Assembly: GCA_028279805.1 (NCBI GenBank)
Contig: JANQMZ010000007.1
Span: 540,001-572,000, forward strand
DNA: 32,000 bases
From: an archaeon
GTDB lineage: Archaea > Iainarchaeota > Iainarchaeia > Iainarchaeales > JANQMZ01
Direction: 5' to 3'
Position 1 is the first letter of the stretch, and every line of letters starts with the position of its first letter. The translations under genes and the position numbers were made by a program. Shown in pieces: positions 24,873-31,570 of this stretch. A model generated the notes under the pieces. That model did not search any database. It saw nothing but the letters and a program-made list of their open reading frames with translations, and was not told the DNA's origin.

Positions 24873-25286
24873 TCAGTTCAAATGCTTTTCAGCTTTTTTT
24901 ATTAAATTTTTGGTATTGTCAAAAGTTAATTTGTTTAACGCCTTTTCAAATGAAAGCCATTCAAAATTTTTATGTTCAAATGATAATTTTATTTCATCCA
25001 TAGGGCTTTTGGCTAAAAAGAAAACAACCTGTTTTTTTATTAAATCTTTTTTGCTTTTAAAAGAATAAAAAATTTTTTCCCGGTAACCTGAAACAATTTG
25101 AACATTTTTTAACCCGGTTTCTTCTTCCACCTCTCTTTTAACTGTGTCAAGTTCCTTTTCAGAGTTTTCAATGTGGCCTTTGGCAAAGCCCCAGTATCCT
25201 TTGGCATACTGTAAAACAAGGTAAAGCCTTTTTCCCGAATCTTCGTTAAAAATTATGGCTCCGCAGCTTTTTTCCTCTTTTATCAA
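24873..25286 (-). CDS. NUDIX hydrolase
   Basis: Nudix box: GFAKGHIENSEKELDTVKREVEEETGL. The start is placed at TTG 25286 (AGGTG-T6-TTG); the ORF-track GTG at 25295 is the SD. Confidence 0.85.
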   Translation of the reverse strand: MIKEEKSCGAIIFNEDSGKRLYLVLQYAKGYWGFAKGHIENSEKELDTVKREVEEETGLKNVQIVSGYREKIFYSFKSKKDLIKKQVVFFLAKSPMDEIKLSFEHKNFEWLSFEKALNKLTFDNTKNLIKKAEKHLN

Positions 25287-25304
25287 AAAAAACACCTTTT
25301 AAAC
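25284..25304 (-). promoter_or_regulatory. translation-initiation cassette GTTTAAAAGGTGTTTTTTTTG (identical to 17264-17284)
   Basis: The upstream gene's TAA stop (25299-25301) is embedded in the element, which indicates coupling of the transglutaminase-like and Nudix genes. Confidence 0.6.
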
Positions 25305-25886
25305 GAATTGTTCATATTTTTTAAAATTAAACCTGTACAAAAAATGTTTAATTTTATTATTTTTAAAAGAATAATTTTGTAAAACATTTTCTTTTGAACC
25401 TGAAAATTTTTCAAAATCTTCATCCAAAGCCGGGTCAAGCAAAAAAAATTTGTCATCAAATTCTGTTATAACAAAAGCATGAGTTGACAAATCTGTTAAT
25501 TCTGCAATTACAACAGAAGCATTTTTGTCACCCAAACCTGCCAGCAATGAGCATAAAAAAACAGCCAAATCTTCATCATCTGCAACCTTGTTTGTTAAAA
25601 TTTCTTTGGGGGAAAACCAGTAACTTAAATCCATATTTGTTTCAACAAAAGAAATTGATTCCTGCACAAAAGAAAAAACTTTTTTTGCAACATCCGGATA
25701 ATTTTTTTCAAAAGAATAATTTTCAGGCTTAAAATCTTCGAGCAAACTTTGAATTGTCAAATCTTCGGGATTAACCAGATTTTTAATTTCTCCAACAGTT
25801 TTTTTATTGGCCTTGTTAATCAAATCAGAATGTTTTTTAAGCAAAGCCCTGTAAAGCTTTAACTTAAGCTCGTCAGAAGAATCCAT
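25299..25886 (-). CDS. cytoplasmic transglutaminase-like (Cys-His-Asp) superfamily protein, tentative
   Basis: 195 aa with no signal peptide. DLAVFLCSLLAGLGDKNASVVIAEL...STHAFVITEFDDKFFLLDPA fits the C...H...D spacing of transglutaminase-like cores. Confidence 0.45.
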   Translation of the reverse strand: MDSSDELKLKLYRALLKKHSDLINKANKKTVGEIKNLVNPEDLTIQSLLEDFKPENYSFEKNYPDVAKKVFSFVQESISFVETNMDLSYWFSPKEILTNKVADDEDLAVFLCSLLAGLGDKNASVVIAELTDLSTHAFVITEFDDKFFLLDPALDEDFEKFSGSKENVLQNYSFKNNKIKHFLYRFNFKKYEQFV

Positions 25887-26036
25887 TAAAAAATATTTAA
25901 CTGAAAATGGCTTTAAATGCGTTGGAATTTTAAAAAAAAAGCTTTAACGCGGGTAAAAAGCAAAAAATGAGCATTTTTTATTAAAAAAAAAGCTTTTTTT
26001 TGAAAAAGTTTTAATACTCGCTTGAATTTATTTTAA

Positions 26037-26447
26037 TTGATTATTATGCCCTTACATCCTTTTGGCGGAAGACGTCCTGTTAATATTGGGGAACGAGCAT
26101 ACAATCCTGCTTTTAAAGGTGTTCCAAAAACAAGCCTGCCTTATTTGAGATTATCAATTGGACGCATAAACAAAGGACTGAAAACCGGAACCGGTGATTA
26201 TCTGAATCATGGCTCACACGGATTATTACAAATAGCAGAAACCTGTGAAAAAGCTGCAAAACATGAAGAGGCAAAAGGAAATGATGCAGAAGCTGCAAAA
26301 TATCAAGAAAAAGCAATAGCCTTGCGTAAAGAAGCAGCTGATTTTCTTATGCAGGCTGGCCGAACTAAAAGAGCGGTTAGTGCCTTGAAAAAAGCCGGAA
26401 TTGAAAACCCTGAAGAATTTCTAAGGCAGGAAGGCTGGAATATTTAA
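26037..26447 (+). CDS. small hypothetical helical protein related to the 18712-19047 product
   Basis: 136 aa from a TTG. ATG at 26046 (MPLHPFGG...) is an equally plausible, possibly leaderless, start. A basic G/P-rich N-terminus is followed by LLQIAETCEKAAKHEEAKGNDAEAAKYQEKAIALRKEAADFL. The gene ends 45 nt upstream of the first pilin gene. Confidence 0.5.
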   Translation: MIIMPLHPFGGRRPVNIGERAYNPAFKGVPKTSLPYLRLSIGRINKGLKTGTGDYLNHGSHGLLQIAETCEKAAKHEEAKGNDAEAAKYQEKAIALRKEAADFLMQAGRTKRAVSALKKAGIENPEEFLRQEGWNI

Positions 26448-26492
26448 AGGTAAATAGTTTTTTAATTGTAAAATAGCTTAATTTAGCTGTAT

Positions 26493-26900
26493 ATGATTTT
26501 AAACAAAAAAGGGCAGTCATCAGTTGAATACTTAACAACAGTCGGAGTAATTTTAACATTTGTAGCAATTTTGGCGGGTTATGCAACTGTTAATTATGGG
26601 GAATCAACAAAATTTGCACAGGTTAACACTTCCTTGAGTAAGTTAAAAAATTCTGCTGAAAGTGTTTATGCTTTCGGACCCGGGAACAGGGAAAAGGTTA
26701 GAATTGTTTTGCCAACAGGAACAACGGGAAGCAATGTTCAGGGCAACACAATTTCTTTTGATATTGGTTTTATTGGGGGAATCCAAACTGTTGACACTCA
26801 AATTGATGTAAATGTTTCAGGAGTATTGCCTTCAAGTGACGGAATTCATTTTGTTCTGGTTGAAGCAATGGATGGTAATGCAGTTTTTTCAGGTGGTTAA
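26493..26900 (+). CDS. minor pilin-like protein 1 (class III signal peptide, Q+1/E+5)
   Basis: 135 aa. MILNKKG|QSSVEYLTTVGVILTFVAILAGYA is followed by a beta-rich domain. The stop abuts the next ATG (TAAATG). Confidence 0.75.
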   Translation: MILNKKGQSSVEYLTTVGVILTFVAILAGYATVNYGESTKFAQVNTSLSKLKNSAESVYAFGPGNREKVRIVLPTGTTGSNVQGNTISFDIGFIGGIQTVDTQIDVNVSGVLPSSDGIHFVLVEAMDGNAVFSGG

Positions 26901-27257
26901 ATGAAAGGCCAGATAAGCGTTGAAACTTTTTTGGCAGTAGGCGCTTTATTGTTATTTTTTGTAATTGTTTCACTGGCTGCAAACAACCAGAATGTTCAGT
27001 CAACAGTTATTGATGACAGGTTGCAGGAAGAAAATTCCTGCCAGAGAATTGCAAAAATTGCGGCAGCATTATTTTCAACAGACGGGGATGCAAGAATAAC
27101 AACTCATTCAAATCATGATGTTCAGTTTTTGGATAATCTGGTTTTAACATCTAACACTTTTTGCAATTCAACTGCAAAATTAATTGATTCAAATGCTTCA
27201 AAAGGAACAATTGAATTGTTTAAAGATGATTCAGGAGTTGTTGTAAGAAATGCGTGA
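26901..27257 (+). CDS. minor pilin-like protein 2 (class III signal peptide, Q+1/E+5)
   Basis: 118 aa. MKG|QISVETFLAVGALLLFFVIVSLA. It overlaps the next gene by 8 nt (ATGCGTGA). Confidence 0.7.
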   Translation: MKGQISVETFLAVGALLLFFVIVSLAANNQNVQSTVIDDRLQEENSCQRIAKIAAALFSTDGDARITTHSNHDVQFLDNLVLTSNTFCNSTAKLIDSNASKGTIELFKDDSGVVVRNA

Positions 27258-27726
27258 AAAAGGCCAAACGGTTTCATACGATTTGCTTATAGCGGTTTTG
27301 CTGTTTTTGTTATTAATGCAGACAATGCAGTTTTTATGGACTGATTCACTGCAAGGCAATCTGGACCAGCAGGGAATTATTACCATGAGGGAATTGGCTT
27401 CAAATGTTTCTGAAACATTAATCAAAAGCCAGGGTTTTCCAAGAGAATGGAATTCTGCAAATGTTGAAACAATTGGTCTGGCGCAGAGGCCAAGTGTTTT
27501 AAGTGTTGATAAAGTAAGAGAATTCGGATTAATTGACCATAATCAGGCAAGAATTTTACTGGCTTTATCACAGTATGATTTCTTTTTTGAATTAGATTCT
27601 GTTTTGAATGAGTTGGATGTAAACGTTGGCAACGCAGTTCCGGATACAGGCGAATTGGCTGTTGTTTCAAGAAATGTTATTTATGGAGGAGAAAATGCAA
27701 ATGCAAAACTTTACATTTTTGAATAA
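27250..27726 (+). CDS. minor pilin-like protein 3 (class III signal peptide, Q+1, D+6)
   Basis: 158 aa. MREKG|QTVSYDLLIAVLLFLLLMQTMQF. Confidence 0.7.
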   Translation: MREKGQTVSYDLLIAVLLFLLLMQTMQFLWTDSLQGNLDQQGIITMRELASNVSETLIKSQGFPREWNSANVETIGLAQRPSVLSVDKVREFGLIDHNQARILLALSQYDFFFELDSVLNELDVNVGNAVPDTGELAVVSRNVIYGGENANAKLYIFE

Positions 27727-30019
27727 AAAAGGTTTTGTGTTTTTATTTGAATTATTAATAGCAATAGGCTTGGCTACAGCTTTTTTAAATGTTGCAAGTT
27801 TTCAGGAACTGGAAACAGGTGAATTGTTAACAAAAATTCAGGAAAAACAAAGATCAACAGATATTCTGACTACGTTAGACGAAAACGGTTTTTTGCTGCA
27901 AAAACTTGATGAAAATGCTTCAGCGGATGACAAAATGCTGGATATTTATAATGAAATTTTAAGGCAGCTTCCTGAAACGGTTAATGCAAGAATTGAATTG
28001 GATTTTTTTGATGTTGACACAGCGGACTGTAAAACAAATGAATCATTTGAATCATGTTTTAACAAAATTGAAGGAACTTACAATCCGCAAGGTCCTGAGT
28101 TACCAAATGATAAAAGTGTTACAGCTGAAACGCTGATTTTGGTTAAAAAACAGCCACCCCAATTATGTGAAGTTGTTCAGCCTCCGACATTTCAGGAAAA
28201 AGAAACTGAAGAAAGCTTGCTAACCAAAACTCCTTTAAAAATTTATTTTTCTGAAGAAGAAAAAATTGCAAAACCTTTGAAATTATTTTTTTCCCATCAG
28301 GAAGGTCATGATGCAAATGTAATATTTGATTTGAATACGACACCGGAAACTTCATTACAGTGCGGTGAAAATTTAAGATTTGATTTGGGCGCAAAAGTAA
28401 TTGATTTTGGAAGGAATCCTGTGGACATAATGCTTGTGCAGGACCGTTCCGGTTCAATGGATGAATTCACGGTAAACCTGCAGACACTGGCAAGCGGAGC
28501 ATTTAATGATGGCACAAGACAATGCGGTTTTTTGTGCTTGTCCTGCACTCCGACAAACTGGCAAAATTTGGCACAATTTGATTTAACTTCAGGGCAGGAT
28601 TATGCGGTTAAAATGGTTGACCATAACCATTCAGGTGCAAGGCCATGTTTGTTTGCTTCAACACCCCCATATTTGGAACTGGAAAATCCAAGCGGCAGCC
28701 AGCCAACCAATCGTGATACTGAGGTTATTTTAAGAACACCTTTTGTTTCAGGCACGTATACTGCGTGGGGCTGGAGCCAGGAATGGATTGGCTATGATTT
28801 GAATTTGTATGAAAACAAAATGACAGCTTCTCAAAGGGCTGCTAAAAATTTTGTAGATGATGCTGAATGGAAAGACAATGACAGGCTGGGATTAGTTTCA
28901 TTTGCAGGAAGTTCAGATTTAGATGAACAATTACAATTGGCGGACGACCAGAACAAAGAGGATATTAAAGATGCAATTGATGCATTAAATTCAGGCGGTT
29001 CTACAGCCATAGGAGAAGGAATAGATGAAGCAACAGATGAATTATTGGGAACACGGTTTGAAGAAACTCATACAAAGTTTCAGATTGTTTTATCTGACGG
29101 GCAAAACAATTCAGGCACTGACCCTCTGGATGCCGCTCAAAGAGCAGCTGATGAAAACATTGTTATTTACACAATTGCTTTTGGCCAGGACGCAGACCAG
29201 GATACTTTAAGGGAAATAGCTGAAATTACTGACGGAAATTTTTATTATGCTGATGAAGATGAAAATGCTTTGGATGACATTTATGATGTAATTCGTGATG
29301 ACATTGGAAACAGGGCCGGTGGAAAAGACAGCTGGGCTTATGATGCAAATTTAACTGTTCCGGTTAACATGGGAGCAGATGTTATTAGTACGGGAACCGG
29401 CGGAGTTTTACAGGAAAGTGTTGACAGGAATTACATTTTTTATGACATTGGTGACATTAGTCCTTCAAGTCCCTGGAATGATTTTTTTACAATTAATTAT
29501 CCTTGTGACAGGGATTTGACTTGCAGTGTTAAATCAATTCATTTTCCTGAAGAGCCTTTTTATCTGGAATATGATAATCAGGATGGTTCTCCTGGAAATC
29601 CTTTAATCTGGGATGAAAATGCTGATTTGAATTTTGAATATCGTGACTTGACTGTTGACATTTTAAGCGCTAAAATTGTAGCGGCAAAAACCGTGTTTTT
29701 GGATGTAAATGCCATAAATTCCGGGCATTTGAATACAAGTCAGACAACAATGGATTTTTATCTGGATGACCCTGAAACCGGGACTTTTTTGAAACAAACT
29801 GTTGTACCGGCAATGTGTGGACAACTGGGTTCTGGCTGTAGTAATTATTTTACATTGTTTTTGGATGAACTGGTTGAAGAGGAAGGATTTATTTATGTAA
29901 TAATTGACAATGAGGATAATGTTGCTGAATGCCCCGGAAACAATGTTGCTGAAATTTTTTGTTCAACAGGCCCGAAAACACAGTATTTTGTTTTAAAGTT
30001 GTGGACGTGGCCAAAGTGA
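27701..30019 (+). CDS. modular pilin-like adhesin: class III signal peptide + helical/linker region + vWA domain (complete MIDAS, ~115-aa insertion) + CARDB-like C-terminal domain
   Basis: The ORF is open from 27626. I prefer ATG 27701 (GGAGGAG 9 nt upstream), which gives MQNFTFLNKKG|FVFLFELLIAIGLATAFL. MIDAS residues are DRSGS at 28442-28456, GGST at 28994-29005 and SDG around 29093-29101. The vWA tail is IVIYTIAFGQDADQDTLREIAEITDGNFYYA. The CARDB-like region (about 29644-29960) ends in DNEDNVAECPGNNVAE. Confidence 0.8.
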   Translation: MQNFTFLNKKGFVFLFELLIAIGLATAFLNVASFQELETGELLTKIQEKQRSTDILTTLDENGFLLQKLDENASADDKMLDIYNEILRQLPETVNARIELDFFDVDTADCKTNESFESCFNKIEGTYNPQGPELPNDKSVTAETLILVKKQPPQLCEVVQPPTFQEKETEESLLTKTPLKIYFSEEEKIAKPLKLFFSHQEGHDANVIFDLNTTPETSLQCGENLRFDLGAKVIDFGRNPVDIMLVQDRSGSMDEFTVNLQTLASGAFNDGTRQCGFLCLSCTPTNWQNLAQFDLTSGQDYAVKMVDHNHSGARPCLFASTPPYLELENPSGSQPTNRDTEVILRTPFVSGTYTAWGWSQEWIGYDLNLYENKMTASQRAAKNFVDDAEWKDNDRLGLVSFAGSSDLDEQLQLADDQNKEDIKDAIDALNSGGSTAIGEGIDEATDELLGTRFEETHTKFQIVLSDGQNNSGTDPLDAAQRAADENIVIYTIAFGQDADQDTLREIAEITDGNFYYADEDENALDDIYDVIRDDIGNRAGGKDSWAYDANLTVPVNMGADVISTGTGGVLQESVDRNYIFYDIGDISPSSPWNDFFTINYPCDRDLTCSVKSIHFPEEPFYLEYDNQDGSPGNPLIWDENADLNFEYRDLTVDILSAKIVAAKTVFLDVNAINSGHLNTSQTTMDFYLDDPETGTFLKQTVVPAMCGQLGSGCSNYFTLFLDELVEEEGFIYVIIDNEDNVAECPGNNVAEIFCSTGPKTQYFVLKLWTWPK

Positions 30020-30978
30020 ATCAGAAAGGAATAATGTTCAGCTTAATGGTTTTGATTATGATTTTGTCTGTAATTGCTTTACAGGATGTTTTCAGGGAAT
30101 CAAAAATTGCACAGCAAAGAAATCCTGAAAAAACAAGAATTTTTTCGGTTAATGAAAAATATGAAAACATTAACAGGAACATTGTTGACCTGTTTAAAGA
30201 GGATTATTTGAGGGAGGTTAGCCAGAGAAATTTGCCTTTTAATTATTTAATTGACGGAAACAAAATAAAATTTAATCATTCAATTCCGTGGGATAAGGGC
30301 ACAATTGAAAATTATTTTGACACAATTAACACTTACAGAATTTTTATTTCTGATAAAAATTATTCAAATGCTTTTGACGGAATTTTTACACAGGTGGAAA
30401 CTTTGCAGAATAGTGAATGGGGCGGAACAGCAACTGATACACATTTTTTAATTCAGCCATTCTGCACAAATTTTGAAACAGGAGACTTAAACAGGGCAAG
30501 AATAACAGAATCTTTTGCAAGCCAGTGCTTAAATTCTTTTGATGAAAATAAGATGCGCAGGTTTGATGTTGACATTGTTGTAAGGAATTCAAATGAAGAT
30601 TTTAATTCAGTTTTTTGTTCAAACGGCTGTTCTTCTCAAAATTTTAATCCTTCAAATTCAAATCCTTATTACAGGCTTGTAATTGATGACACCAAATGTT
30701 CTTCCAAATGCAATTTAAGCCAGACTGTTTTCAGTAAACATTTTTTGGCTGATGACAATGAAACAATTATTTTGTCCGGAGCAGCGTCAAAACCTTTGAG
30801 AATCAGGTTTATGAACGGCGTATTAGTTCAGAGAAACGGTGATTTTTTTGTAGATTCAAACATTCAGGTTCAGTTTGATCAAAATATTAGTGATTTGTTT
30901 TTTCTGGATTTTAATTTTACTTTAACTGAACCTGATTTTAATATTGTTAAAACAAATAATCCGCAAAAACTGAATTAA
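30016..30978 (+). CDS. large pilin-like protein lacking an acidic residue in the N-terminal helix (cap-type candidate)
   Basis: GTG at 30016 overlaps the upstream TGA (GTGA) and gives (M)NQKG|IMFSLMVLIMILSVIAL. The alternative ATG 30034 would give a plain TM anchor. About 320 aa with 8 Cys. The track start at 29959 lies inside the upstream gene. Confidence 0.6.
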   Translation: MNQKGIMFSLMVLIMILSVIALQDVFRESKIAQQRNPEKTRIFSVNEKYENINRNIVDLFKEDYLREVSQRNLPFNYLIDGNKIKFNHSIPWDKGTIENYFDTINTYRIFISDKNYSNAFDGIFTQVETLQNSEWGGTATDTHFLIQPFCTNFETGDLNRARITESFASQCLNSFDENKMRRFDVDIVVRNSNEDFNSVFCSNGCSSQNFNPSNSNPYYRLVIDDTKCSSKCNLSQTVFSKHFLADDNETIILSGAASKPLRIRFMNGVLVQRNGDFFVDSNIQVQFDQNISDLFFLDFNFTLTEPDFNIVKTNNPQKLN

Positions 30979-31021
30979 AGATATTTTTCTTTTTATAACA
31001 AAATAACCCATTTAAGTTAAG

Positions 31022-31029
31022 TTTATAAA
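31022..31029 (+). promoter_or_regulatory. TATA-box candidate (TTTATAAA) for the major pilin gene
   Basis: This is the only strong TATA-like element in the 126-bp gap. It lies ~76-83 nt upstream of the ATG, implying a ~50-nt leader with SD GGAGGG at 31094-31099. Confidence 0.4.
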
Positions 31030-31059
31030 GGATTTAAAGCCTAAGATACTAAAATTTAG

Positions 31060-31073
31060 ACTCTCATGAGAGT
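31060..31073. promoter_or_regulatory. 14-bp perfect palindrome ACTCTCATGAGAGT in the predicted pilin leader
   Basis: It is centred ~40 nt downstream of the TATA candidate. It could be an operator or a 5'-UTR hairpin. Confidence 0.4.
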
Positions 31074-31104
31074 TTTACTCTAAAAAAAATTACGGAGGGA
31101 TTAA

Positions 31105-31533
31105 ATGAACAAAAAAGGACAGTCCGCAATTGAATACCTGATGACATACGGTTGGGCTTTGATTGTAATTGCAATTGTTGTCGGAATTCTGGTGTTTGTA
31201 TTAAGCAACACGTCAGGAGGAGCAACATGCCAGTCAAGAAGCCAGAAAATTATTCTGAAAGAATACGCAGTTGATCCTGATACTGTTGCTTTGGGAATGC
31301 AAAACGCAACAGGTTCTGATATGACCAGTATAACCTACGCAGGAGCCGGTGACTTTGGAGGAACAGGTTCAACAGCAGGAACAATTACAAGCGGAAGCGA
31401 GTTTACTGTAACAACCAATAACTTGACCGGGCCGGGTGCCGGTGAGTTTACAGACGGTGTTGTAACAATAACCTATAGTACAAGTTTGTTAACAAATCAA
31501 GACGTTAACATTGTTTGCAGCGGATCACTTTAA
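31105..31533 (+). CDS. major type IV pilin candidate (class III signal peptide, Q+1/E+5)
   Basis: 142 aa. MNKKG|QSAIEYLMTYGWALIVIAIVVGILVFVL. The globular part is Gly/Thr/Ser-rich. There are three sequons (NTS, NAT, NLT) and two Cys (C42, C138). It has its own promoter, a strong SD and a terminator. Confidence 0.8.
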   Translation: MNKKGQSAIEYLMTYGWALIVIAIVVGILVFVLSNTSGGATCQSRSQKIILKEYAVDPDTVALGMQNATGSDMTSITYAGAGDFGGTGSTAGTITSGSEFTVTTNNLTGPGAGEFTDGVVTITYSTSLLTNQDVNIVCSGSL

Positions 31534-31570
31534 GTGAATTAATCCGCTCTTTTTCTTTTTTTTATTTTTT
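31520..31570 (+). terminator. imperfect hairpin (GCGGAT...ATCCGC) followed by T4, T8 and T7 tracts
   Basis: The stem pairs 31520-31525 with 31542-31547 and spans the pilin stop. Oligo-T runs lie at 31551-31571 (archaeal oligo-T termination signal). Confidence 0.5.

Noticed and set aside
27626-30034. ORF-track starts at 27626 (vWA gene), 29959 (fifth pilin-like gene) and 20915 (269-aa gene)
   Set aside because: The upstream extensions lie inside the preceding genes and encode non-signal-like peptides. Internal starts at 27701, 30016 and 20852 are preceded by SD-like sequences and yield proper leader/signal peptides.
20969-30592. ORF-track entries 20969-21286(+), 21173-21421(-), 21482-21751(+), 22373-23143(+/-), 23613-24104(+/-), 24212-24784(-), 24814-25068(+), 25484-25732(+), 26113-26586(-), 26770-27003(-), 27231-27670(-), 28143-28548(-), 29025-29210(+), 30386-30592(-)
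   Set aside because: They overlap the signal-peptide-bearing surface genes, Nudix, the TGase-like gene or the pilin/vWA genes. For 24212-24574(-) versus 24285-24869(+) I kept the plus-strand gene because it has an SD, a signal peptide and the shared ESSD motif.
20043-31533. Diversity-generating retroelement or other hypervariation system targeting the surface proteins
   Set aside because: No reverse transcriptase is present, and I could not spot any template/variable repeat pair by eye. A computational self-alignment would be needed to exclude short TR/VR pairs.
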